Source: an uncultured delta proteobacterium (lineage in GTDB: Bacteria > Desulfobacterota > Binatia > JACPRU01). Taken from it: a stretch of 64,000 bases of DNA. The notes under the pieces were generated by a model. The model searched no databases. It was not told the origin of the DNA and worked only from the letters and a program-made list of their open reading frames with translations. This document shows positions 49,012 to 58,730 of this stretch, in pieces. How positions within the stretch are numbered: position 1 is the stretch's first letter; each line of letters opens with the position of its first letter. Location of the stretch: contig CAVUWD010000006.1 of NCBI GenBank assembly GCA_963745025.1, positions 320,001 through 384,000 of the forward strand. Direction: 5' to 3'. Position numbers and translations under genes: made by a program.

Positions 49012-50070
49012 GTGAGCGCGGAGAGCTTTCACGCCGACGCGGACCGTCTCGCCAAGAGTGCGTGGGGAAACCGCGCGGCGGCTCTCGAAATTCGACCGCT
49101 GGCAGGCGATGCCTCTTCCCGTCGCTACTTCCGCGTCCGGCTCGCCGGCACAGCCTCGCCGACTGCGGTGCTCATGGTGCAGGCGGGCTCGGGGCTCTCG
49201 ATCTCTTCCGATGAGCTTTCGTCGCTGGGCCAGATGCCGGACGAGATGCCCTTCCTCAACGTCCAACGCTATCTGCGAGGCGGCGGCGTCGCCGTACCGG
49301 AGGTGTATGCCGCGGATTCGCCGCGCGGCCTGGCTCTTCTCGAAGACATTGGCGACACGACGCTTTGGGACGCGGCGTGCTCCACGCAAGAGCCCGCCGC
49401 TCTCTACCGCGCCGCCATCGACGAGCTCGTCGCGCTCCAGCGCGCCGGCGCGGAGCGGCCCGATCCCGACTGCATCGCGTTCCGCCAACGCTTCGACGCG
49501 CGGCTGTTTCTCTGGGAGTTCGATCATTTCCTCGAGTACGGCTTGACCCGTCGAAGTGCCTCTTCCGAGGATCGGGAGATGCTGCGGCGCCGCTTCGAGG
49601 AGATCGCCGAGGAGCTGGCGGCGGGCTCTCTGGCGCTCACGCATCGCGACTACCACAGCTGGAATCTCTTCGTTCGCGACCAGCGGATCCGCGTCATCGA
49701 CTTCCAGGACGCGCTGCTCGCGCCGGTTCCGTACGATCTCGCCACGCTGCTCAACGACCGCGCCACACCGACCCTCGTCGATCCCGCCCTCGAGCGAGCG
49801 CTCGTCGGCTACTTCTGCGCGAAGCGAAGCGAGACCTTCGGCGACGCGCTCGGCGTCAACTTGTTCCTGCCGCGCTACTTTCTCTTCGTCCTGCAGAAGT
49901 CCTTCAAGATCGTCGGTCGCTTTCACTACCTGGAAGAAGTGAAGGGAAAGCACGGCTACGTGGCGATGCTCCCGCACACCTACGCCACGCTTCGCCGCTG
50001 CTTCGACAACCTCCCCGCGCTCGGCGACATTCGCACCGTCCTCGCGCGGAGCTTTGCGGAGCTCCGTTAG
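49012..50070 (+). CDS. amgK: N-acetylmuramate/N-acetylglucosamine kinase (phosphotransferase family)
   Basis: LAGDASSRRYFR, LLEDIGD, HRDYHSWNL and IDFQDA motifs; adjacent to a murU-like gene. Confidence 0.85.
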   Translation: MSAESFHADADRLAKSAWGNRAAALEIRPLAGDASSRRYFRVRLAGTASPTAVLMVQAGSGLSISSDELSSLGQMPDEMPFLNVQRYLRGGGVAVPEVYAADSPRGLALLEDIGDTTLWDAACSTQEPAALYRAAIDELVALQRAGAERPDPDCIAFRQRFDARLFLWEFDHFLEYGLTRRSASSEDREMLRRRFEEIAEELAAGSLALTHRDYHSWNLFVRDQRIRVIDFQDALLAPVPYDLATLLNDRATPTLVDPALERALVGYFCAKRSETFGDALGVNLFLPRYFLFVLQKSFKIVGRFHYLEEVKGKHGYVAMLPHTYATLRRCFDNLPALGDIRTVLARSFAELR

Positions 50071-50075
50071 GCACC

Positions 50076-50828
50076 ATGCGGTTTCCGCGCAAGGCGATGG
50101 TGCTCGCCGCCGGTCTCGGCACACGGCTCGCCCCGCTCACCGACTTGGTGCCCAAGGCTCTCCTCGAGATCGGCGGACGGCCGATGATCGAGTATCCCCT
50201 CCGCATGCTCGCCGCGGCCGGCGTCGAAGAGGCGATCGTCAATCTCCATCACCTCGGCGACTGCATCCGCGCAGCCCTCGGCGACGGCGCGCGCTATGGC
50301 CTCCGCATCCACTACTCGCCGGAAGATCCGATCCTCGATACCGGCGGAGCGATTGCGCGCGCTCGACCGCTGCTCGGCGACGAGCCATTTGCGATCGCCA
50401 ACTGCGACGCGCTGCTCGATCCGGATCTCGAAGCGCTGTGGCGCCTTCACGAGGTGCGCGGAGCGCTGGCGACGCTCGTCGTACGCGCCGACCCGCATGC
50501 GGAGCGTTACGGAGCGCTCGATCTCGACTCGACGGGACTCGTGCGGCGCTTCCTCGGCAAACCCCAGAGCGTCGACGCTCCCCTCGAGCGGCGGATGTTT
50601 TGCGGTGTCCACGTGCTGTCGCCCGAGGTCTTCGCGCACCTGCCCGCGGTCCGCGTATTCAGCATCACTCGTGATGTCTACGCCCCGCTCGTGATCTGCG
50701 GGGCTCCGCTCTATGGTTTCGACTATCGAGGCTACTGGCGCGACCTCGGTACACCCGACAGCTTGTCGGCCGCCCGGAGCGACTTTGCCGCGCACGTCTT
50801 CGATCCTGAGTATCTAAGGTCGTATTGA
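50076..50828 (+). CDS. murU: MurNAc-1-phosphate uridylyltransferase-like nucleotidyltransferase
   Basis: AMVLAAGLGTRLAPLTDLVPKAL, NLHHL, LDTGG and WRDLGT motifs; follows amgK. Confidence 0.82.
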   Translation: MRFPRKAMVLAAGLGTRLAPLTDLVPKALLEIGGRPMIEYPLRMLAAAGVEEAIVNLHHLGDCIRAALGDGARYGLRIHYSPEDPILDTGGAIARARPLLGDEPFAIANCDALLDPDLEALWRLHEVRGALATLVVRADPHAERYGALDLDSTGLVRRFLGKPQSVDAPLERRMFCGVHVLSPEVFAHLPAVRVFSITRDVYAPLVICGAPLYGFDYRGYWRDLGTPDSLSAARSDFAAHVFDPEYLRSY

Positions 50829-50927
50829 CACGTCACGTCAGCAAGTGATCTCCTCGAAACCGTGAACCACGCAATCAGACACGCCCGTACCGGACGTGTT
50901 GGAGGATTCATCGGCTGAGGCCCGACG

Positions 50928-52277
50928 GTGGGGATCACCATCATCCAGAAGAGCGACCTTTCGGTTCGCAAGCCGAACGCGAAGGTTGCGCTGGTGCTGG
51001 CCGGCGGTGCGGTCACGGGCGGCGCCTTCAAAGTCGGCGGCCTGAAAGCCCTGGACGACCTGCTCGTCAACCGCAAGACCACTGATTTCAACGTCTACGT
51101 CGGTCTCTCGGCCGGCGCGTTTTTAGCGGCGCCGCTCGCGGCCGGCATCTCGCCCGCGGAGATGATCCGCAGCCTAGAGGGCGCATCCAGCAAGTTCTCG
51201 ATGTTCCGCGCGGGGGATTTCTACAATCCGAATCTTCGTGAATTCATCGGCAAGCCGATCCGCTATTTCGTCGACCTGGCGATGTTCCTGCCCGGTGCGA
51301 TCCTGGACTTCATCGCCGCGACGCCGAAGCTCGCCGAGGAGCTGCGTAGCCCGCTGTCCGACTACACCCGCCGACCGACGGTCCTGAACCTCCGAAAGCT
51401 CTTCACGCCGATCGCGCGCGCGATGCTCGCCACGCGCGAGTTTCCCTTCCCGCTCGACTATTTTCCCTCCGGCATGTTCGACAACTCGATCCTCGAGACC
51501 TATCTCCGCGAGAACATCGAGCGAAACGAGATGTCGAACGACTTCAAGGTACTCTACCGCATGCGCCGCAAGGAGCTCTTCATCGTCGCGATGAACCTCG
51601 ACACGGCGGAGCGGGTCGTCTTCGGGCATAACGAGAACAGCTCGGTGACCATCTCGGAGTCGGTGCAGGCCTCTACGGCGCTTCCGGGATTCTACAAACC
51701 GGCGCGCATCCAGGGCGTGGACTACGTCGACGGCGGAGTGCGCCGTACCGCCAACATCGACGTGGCAATCGAGCACGGCGCGCAGCTCATCCTCTGTTAC
51801 AACCCCTTTCGACCGATCTACAACCGGGTGAACCCGCGTCCCAGCAAAGACGGGGAGTACGTCTTCGACGGAGTACCGCTGGCCTCGCGCGGCTTGTTCG
51901 CGGTGCTCAATCAGGTTTTCCGTACGCTGCTTCACTCGCGACTGCAGTACGGGCTACGCGAGTTCCAGGAGGATTCGAGCTTTCGCGGCGACATCATCGT
52001 CGTCGAGCCCCAGGAGAGCGACCTCTCCTTCTTCCGCATGAACCCTCTCGCCTTCTGGGAGCGCAACGTAGCGGCCGAGCATGGCTACGTGTCGGTGACG
52101 CAGTCGATCGAGCGCCAGTTCGAGCGCGTGCGCCAGATCCTCGAGAGTTACGGCATCCAGCTGACGCGCCGCGAGACCCGCGAACGACTTGAACAGATCA
52201 AGGCTTCTAAAGTAGACCAGTCGCGTTCGAGCGTTCTGTTCGAGGACGTGCCGAGGAAAAGCCTCACAGTGGCCTGA
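50928..52277 (+). CDS. patatin-like phospholipase
   Basis: LAGGAVTGG, GLSAG nucleophile and YVDGG motifs. Confidence 0.88.
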   Translation: MGITIIQKSDLSVRKPNAKVALVLAGGAVTGGAFKVGGLKALDDLLVNRKTTDFNVYVGLSAGAFLAAPLAAGISPAEMIRSLEGASSKFSMFRAGDFYNPNLREFIGKPIRYFVDLAMFLPGAILDFIAATPKLAEELRSPLSDYTRRPTVLNLRKLFTPIARAMLATREFPFPLDYFPSGMFDNSILETYLRENIERNEMSNDFKVLYRMRRKELFIVAMNLDTAERVVFGHNENSSVTISESVQASTALPGFYKPARIQGVDYVDGGVRRTANIDVAIEHGAQLILCYNPFRPIYNRVNPRPSKDGEYVFDGVPLASRGLFAVLNQVFRTLLHSRLQYGLREFQEDSSFRGDIIVVEPQESDLSFFRMNPLAFWERNVAAEHGYVSVTQSIERQFERVRQILESYGIQLTRRETRERLEQIKASKVDQSRSSVLFEDVPRKSLTVA

Positions 52278-52373
52278 TTCTGATTTTCGGCGCGGCGAGT
52301 ACGCGCCGATTCGACGTGGGGTTGGACGGGGTCGTGGCTTTGGGGGCGGGGATAGTGGGGCGGGATGGAAGAG

Positions 52374-52411
52374 AGAGGGCGGAACTCCCGGGGTTCCGCC
52401 CTCTGCATTTT
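52374..52411 (+). terminator. intrinsic terminator-like hairpin
   Basis: AGAGGGCGGAAC...GTTCCGCCCTCT 12-bp stem followed by GCATTTT. Confidence 0.55.
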
Positions 52412-52582
52412 CGAGCTCCGCGTCTCGGACGCGTTCAACGATCGTTGCAACGCCCACCGCATGCCGATCGGCCGTCATGCGTCCCGTCGAACGGTCGCGC
52501 CGCTCGATGCTGCAGCGTGCCGAGCCGGCGGCTCGGGCGGATTGTTCGAGCCGAACGCGCGTGTTAGCGTTTCCCGCTCGCT

Positions 52583-53320
52583 ATGACGGATGCCCTGCGA
52601 AAGACGGCGATTGACCCATCCGGCATCGACCTCCACGAATTGAATGCCCGGCTCGAGGGTCGCCCCCCCGCGGACATCCTGCACTGGGCAATCGAGACCT
52701 TCACGCCGGACGTCATCCTTACCTGCTCCTTTCAGCACGACGGCGTCGTGCTCGCACACATGTTGACGGCGCTCGCCCCCTGGGTGCCGATCGTGTTCCT
52801 GAACACGGGGTTTCATTTTCACGAGACGCTCGCCTATCGCGACGAGATCGTGGCGCGCTTCGGCCTGAAGCTCCGCGAGATATCCCCCTCGATGCCGCGC
52901 GGCCAGTTCGCACACGAGCACGGCCTCGACCTCTACCGCCGCAACCCCGATCTCTGCTGCCAGATCAACAAGGTCGAGCCGCTGAAGGCGGCCCTCGAAG
53001 GCGTGCGTTGCTGGATCAACGGCCGGCGGCGCGACCAATCCGCCACGAGAGGCGCGATCTCCGTGGTGGAGCGCTACGAAGGCGAAATCCACAAGGTCAA
53101 CCCGATGGTCGCGTGGACGCGCGCCGATACCTATCGGTACATGCAGAAGCACTCGATCCCGGAGCATCCGCTCTTCGAGAAGGGATACGCCTCGATCGGC
53201 TGCGCGCCGTGCACGCGGCCAATACTGGCCAGCGAGGACGAGCGGGCCGGCCGCTGGGCGGGCACGAGCAAGACCGAGTGCGGCATCCACACCTTCCTCA
53301 AACCGGCCGGCGAAAAGTAA
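52583..53320 (+). CDS. cysH: adenosine-5'-phosphosulfate / PAPS reductase
   Basis: FLNTGFHF, LCCQINKVEPL, SIGCAPCT and ECGIH; CC plus CxxC indicates the [4Fe-4S] APS-reductase type. Confidence 0.92.
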   Translation: MTDALRKTAIDPSGIDLHELNARLEGRPPADILHWAIETFTPDVILTCSFQHDGVVLAHMLTALAPWVPIVFLNTGFHFHETLAYRDEIVARFGLKLREISPSMPRGQFAHEHGLDLYRRNPDLCCQINKVEPLKAALEGVRCWINGRRRDQSATRGAISVVERYEGEIHKVNPMVAWTRADTYRYMQKHSIPEHPLFEKGYASIGCAPCTRPILASEDERAGRWAGTSKTECGIHTFLKPAGEK

Positions 53321-53359
53321 ACCGCCGCATCGTCGGCGGGGCGCTGTCGCCCCACAAGG

Positions 53360-53397
53360 AAAAGGCCCTCGAGCGATCTGCCCGAGGGCCTTTTCTC
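53360..53397. terminator. bidirectional intrinsic terminator
   Basis: GAAAAGGCCCTCG...CGAGGGCCTTTTC between convergent cysH and the small basic protein gene. Confidence 0.75.
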
Positions 53398-53458
53398 CAC
53401 TGCCTGGAAAGAGGGAACTAAGCCTTTTGTTCCAGCCTTATGAAAGCGTAACGAGCGG

Positions 53459-53551
53459 CTACTTCTTCTTCTTGGCCGCCTTCTTCTTTGCAGGAGCCTT
53501 TTTCTTGGCCTTGCTCTTCTTGCCCTTCTTTGCCTTTTTCTTCGCTGCCAT
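53459..53551 (-). CDS. 30-aa Lys/Ala-rich histone H1-like small protein (MAAKKKAKKGKKSKAKKKAPAKKKAAKKKK)
   Basis: GAGGAGG RBS 5 nt before ATG53551, own TTGACA promoter upstream, terminator downstream; absent from the ORF track because it is under 60 aa. Confidence 0.8.
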   Translation of the reverse strand: MAAKKKAKKGKKSKAKKKAPAKKKAAKKKK

Positions 53552-53627
53552 TTCTACCTCCTCGTAGCTTGGTCCACCCAACACGCCCCTCTCTCACAGG
53601 CAAGCCCCACCACCACTCCACGTGGGG

Positions 53628-53659
53628 TCGATATACCATCGTTCGCTATTTCTTGTCAA
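53628..53659 (-). promoter_or_regulatory. sigma70-type promoter for the small basic protein
   Basis: TTGACA-N18-TATATC (with TG extension) plus an A/T-tract UP-like region at about 53670-53705. Confidence 0.6.
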
Positions 53660-53830
53660 CCAAGAAATACCATTTTGGAAAACTTTTTTTATTTTATTTA
53701 CCATTCAATCCAAGCGCTTTCGCCGACCTAGAATGTTGTTCAAGCATTCGGTGCGATCGCCAGTAGCAGAACGTTTTAGGGATCCGAACACACCTCTGCC
53801 GCAAGCGAAATAAAGGCGAAGCACGCGCTT

Positions 53831-55501
<1,671 letters not shown>

Positions 55502-55580
55502 CCAGGGGACGTTTCACTGTTTTCGCCGCTTTGCGAGCCGTCCCTATCGTCAAGACTGCGAAAACGGTGAAACGTCCCCT

Positions 55581-55955
55581 TCACTCATCACCGACCAGCG
55601 CTTCGTACTGTTCTGCGTTCATCAGCGCGTCGAGCTCGTCGGGGTCGGAGAGGTCCACCTCGACGAGCCAACCGTCATGGTGAGGATCGTCGTTGACGAG
55701 CGAGGGGCTGTCCTCGAGGTCGGTGTTGATGGCGATCACGGTACCGCTCACCGGTGCGCAGAGCTCCGCCACGGTCCGGCGCGACTCGAGCTCGCCAAAC
55801 GTCTCACCCCGCTCCACGGCGTCGCCGATCTCGGGCAGCTCCACGGCCTTGATCTCTCCCAGAGTGACTTGTCCGTGCTCCGAGAGGCCGATCCGCGCAT
55901 GGCGCCCGTCGATGCGAATCCAAAGATGATCTCGAGTGAACCGGAGTGCTTCCAC
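55581..55955 (-). CDS. glycine cleavage H-protein-like protein lacking the lipoyl-lysine
   Basis: FTxDHLW, IGLSEHGQ, APVSGTV and VNDDPHHDGWL fit the GcvH fold, but ESVK is ESRR. Confidence 0.85.
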   Translation of the reverse strand: MEALRFTRDHLWIRIDGRHARIGLSEHGQVTLGEIKAVELPEIGDAVERGETFGELESRRTVAELCAPVSGTVIAINTDLEDSPSLVNDDPHHDGWLVEVDLSDPDELDALMNAEQYEALVGDE

Positions 55956-56064
55956 GCTGCGCTTCCGTACCGACGAAGAACCCGCGTGACTGTTTGAAAC
56001 AGCGAGCCGGGGCTGTCAAGGCGAGGCTTTCCTCATCTGCGAGCCTCCGCTACGAGTCTGGCGC

Positions 56065-57246
56065 GTGAACTCCCCGTTGCCTGCCCCGCTGGCGCTCGAC
56101 GAGCGCCTCTATACGCGGCATTTCTGGACCGCCTCCGCCTCTCACTTCTTGCTCGGCATGGGCTTCTGGATGTTCGTGGTGTTTCCGCTCCATCTCGCAA
56201 ACCTCGGAGCGTCAACGCCGCGGATCGGTGTGTTGATCGCCCTCGCGCCGACGGCGGCGGTACTCGTGCGGCCGGCGCTCGGCGGCCTGTTGGTGCGGCG
56301 CGGGCGCCGCTGGATCCTCCGCGGCGGCGGGTTCCTCAACCTGCTCGCGGTTTCGCTCTACGCGGTCTTCGAAGACATTGGCTGGGGCATGACGGCGATC
56401 CGGATCTTGCACGGCATCAGCATCGGCGCCCTGTTCACGACCTTCTTCACCTATGCCGCTGACATCTCCCCCGTGACTCGACGCACCGAAGGGCTCGCGG
56501 TCTTCGGAATCTCCGGCATCCTGCCGACGGCCTTTGCGCCGGCGCTCGGCGAAGAGCTGGTGCTGCGCGCCGGATTCGAGGCGATGTTTCTCGCCGCCGT
56601 GGCGTTCAGCGCCGCCTCGCTCGCTTTCACGTGGGGGCTCGCCGAGCCCGACGACGACCTCGCCGAGGTGCGGCCGCATGGCTTTTGGCGGCTCGCCCGC
56701 GAACGGCGCCATTTCGGCGTCTGGGTGACCGCGTTTTTCTTCTCGTTGGGGATGTCTTCGTACTTCGTATTTCTCGAGCCGTACGCCCGGGCGCTCGGCT
56801 TCGAGCGAGCCGGCCTCTTCTTCTTTTGCTATTCTGCGGCGGCGGTCGTCCTACGCGCGTTCGGCCGAACCCTCCCGGACCGCCTCGGGCCGCGTCGGAT
56901 GCTCATTCCGGCGCTCGCATCGCTCGCGGCGGGGCTGTATCTTGTGGCACGTCTCGACTCGCTCGCGGTTCTCGGCGCCGCGGGACTGCTCTGCGGCATG
57001 GGCCACGGCTATCTCTTCCCGATTCTCTCTGGCATGGCGATCGAAGGAACCGATCGCCGCACGCGCGGCAGCGCGATGAGCTTCTTCACGGCCGTCTTCG
57101 ACCTTGGCCAGATGCTCGGGCCACCGTTCTTCGGGGTCGTCGCAAATGTCGCCGGCTATCCGGCGATGTTCCTCTGCGCGATGGCGGGCGTCGCCGCGAC
57201 GCTGGCCGGCTGGGTCGTGACGAACCTCTCGGAGAAGGGTTCGTGA
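56065..57246 (+). CDS. MFS transporter
   Basis: about 12 hydrophobic segments; RRGRR and DRLGPRR loop motifs. Confidence 0.88.
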   Translation: MNSPLPAPLALDERLYTRHFWTASASHFLLGMGFWMFVVFPLHLANLGASTPRIGVLIALAPTAAVLVRPALGGLLVRRGRRWILRGGGFLNLLAVSLYAVFEDIGWGMTAIRILHGISIGALFTTFFTYAADISPVTRRTEGLAVFGISGILPTAFAPALGEELVLRAGFEAMFLAAVAFSAASLAFTWGLAEPDDDLAEVRPHGFWRLARERRHFGVWVTAFFFSLGMSSYFVFLEPYARALGFERAGLFFFCYSAAAVVLRAFGRTLPDRLGPRRMLIPALASLAAGLYLVARLDSLAVLGAAGLLCGMGHGYLFPILSGMAIEGTDRRTRGSAMSFFTAVFDLGQMLGPPFFGVVANVAGYPAMFLCAMAGVAATLAGWVVTNLSEKGS

Positions 57247-57974
57247 GCACCGGGAAGGAGCTGAGGTTCGCCCGCGGCGGCGAGACGCTGCGCGGATACC
57301 TTGCCGCTCCCGATGCGGCAGCCGAGCGCCCCGCGGTGGTGCTCATCCCAGACGTCCACGGCTTGTCGGACCTCTATCGCGAGATCGCCGAACGCTTCGC
57401 GGCGCGCGGATTCATGACGCTCGCGGTCGACCTCTATACCCGCGAGGGCGCGCCGAAGCTCACAAGCCCCGCGCAAGCGATGGCGTGGATCGCCGCGCTT
57501 CCCGACCCGCGCGTGCTCGGCGATCTGCAGGCGGCGGTCGATTTCCTCGCATCGAACGCCCGCGCGACGCGACGCGTCGGCATCACCGGGTTCTGCATGG
57601 GTGGACAATACGCGCTGCTCGCCGCGTGCTCCCTACGCGGCGTCTCGGCCTGTGTCAGCTTCTACGGTATGCTCCGCTACCCCGAGCGAAACCAGACGAA
57701 GCCGCAGAGCCCGCTCGACGCGGCCGCCGAGCTCACGTGCCCCTACCTCGGCATCTTCGGCGAAGACGATGCGCTCATCCCGATGAGCGACGTCGCCGAG
57801 CTCGGCGCTCGGCTCGAGAGCGCTCGCAAGACGTTCGAGATCGAGCGCTACCCCGGCTGCGGACACGCGTTCCTCAACTACACGCGCCCCGACGCGTACC
57901 GCGCCGCAGCCGCCGCCGACGCTTTCGAGCGCAGCGTCGCGTTTTTCGACGCGCATCTGCCTGCGAAGGCGTGA
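57243..57974 (+). CDS. dienelactone hydrolase family protein
   Basis: GFCMGG nucleophile elbow, GEDD and GHAF motifs; GTGA overlap. Confidence 0.9.
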   Translation: MSTGKELRFARGGETLRGYLAAPDAAAERPAVVLIPDVHGLSDLYREIAERFAARGFMTLAVDLYTREGAPKLTSPAQAMAWIAALPDPRVLGDLQAAVDFLASNARATRRVGITGFCMGGQYALLAACSLRGVSACVSFYGMLRYPERNQTKPQSPLDAAAELTCPYLGIFGEDDALIPMSDVAELGARLESARKTFEIERYPGCGHAFLNYTRPDAYRAAAAADAFERSVAFFDAHLPAKA

Positions 57975-58723
57975 GGTCGAGACGCAAGAAGCGCACGGCG
58001 CGAGCGCGGTTCGCCCGGGTGTTCACGCTGCTCGCCGCGTCGGTCGTCGGCGGACTCGTCGTCTGGGAGGCGCTCTTTCTTCGACTCGATGACCTGCGCG
58101 ACCCAAAGGAGGTGCGTGTTCTCAGCGTACCGGCGCCCCAGGGACCGAGGCAGCTCGTGGTAGGTCCGCAGAACCCGTATTGGACCCCGCTCGGTGCGAC
58201 CTCGCGCATGCTCGTCCTCTGTGTGGTGCGTTCCGAGGATGCCAAGTTCTTCCAGCACTCCGGATTCGACTGGGATCAGATGCAGGATTCTCTCGAAACC
58301 GATCTGGAGGAAGGGAAGTACAAGCGCGGCGGCAGCACGATCACCATGCAGCTGGCGCGCAATCTGTTCCTCTGGCGCGGCAAGTCGCTGCCCCGCAAGG
58401 CGCTCGAGGTGTACCTGACCTGGCGGCTCGAGCACACGCTGGCGAAGAAGCGCATCCTCGAGCTCTATCTGAACGCCGTCGAGTGGGGACCAGGGATCTA
58501 CGGCATCGGCGAGGCGAGCCGTCATTACTTCGGCAAGCCGCCAGCGGCGCTGACGCTCGGCGAATCGGCGATGCTGGCGGCGATCCTGCCGAACCCGCTC
58601 CGCTGGAACCCCGAGCGCGCGCCGCAGGCGGCGATGCGACGTCAGCAGGAGCTGCTCGCCCGCCTGCGGCGCGACAACGCCGTCGAGGACCTGCCCATGG
58701 CGGCGGAGCCGTTGCGGGAGTGA
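57971..58723 (+). CDS. mtgA: monofunctional peptidoglycan transglycosylase
   Basis: SEDAKFFQHSGFD, GGSTITMQLARNLFL, RKALE and YLNAVEWG motifs. Confidence 0.9.
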   Translation: MRSRRKKRTARARFARVFTLLAASVVGGLVVWEALFLRLDDLRDPKEVRVLSVPAPQGPRQLVVGPQNPYWTPLGATSRMLVLCVVRSEDAKFFQHSGFDWDQMQDSLETDLEEGKYKRGGSTITMQLARNLFLWRGKSLPRKALEVYLTWRLEHTLAKKRILELYLNAVEWGPGIYGIGEASRHYFGKPPAALTLGESAMLAAILPNPLRWNPERAPQAAMRRQQELLARLRRDNAVEDLPMAAEPLRE

Positions 58724-58730
58724 GCTCCGC

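Noticed and set aside
53418-53766. ORF-track calls 53418-53639 (-) and 53488-53766 (+)
   Set aside because: Alternative frames over the real 30-aa Lys-rich ORF and its promoter; they lack an RBS
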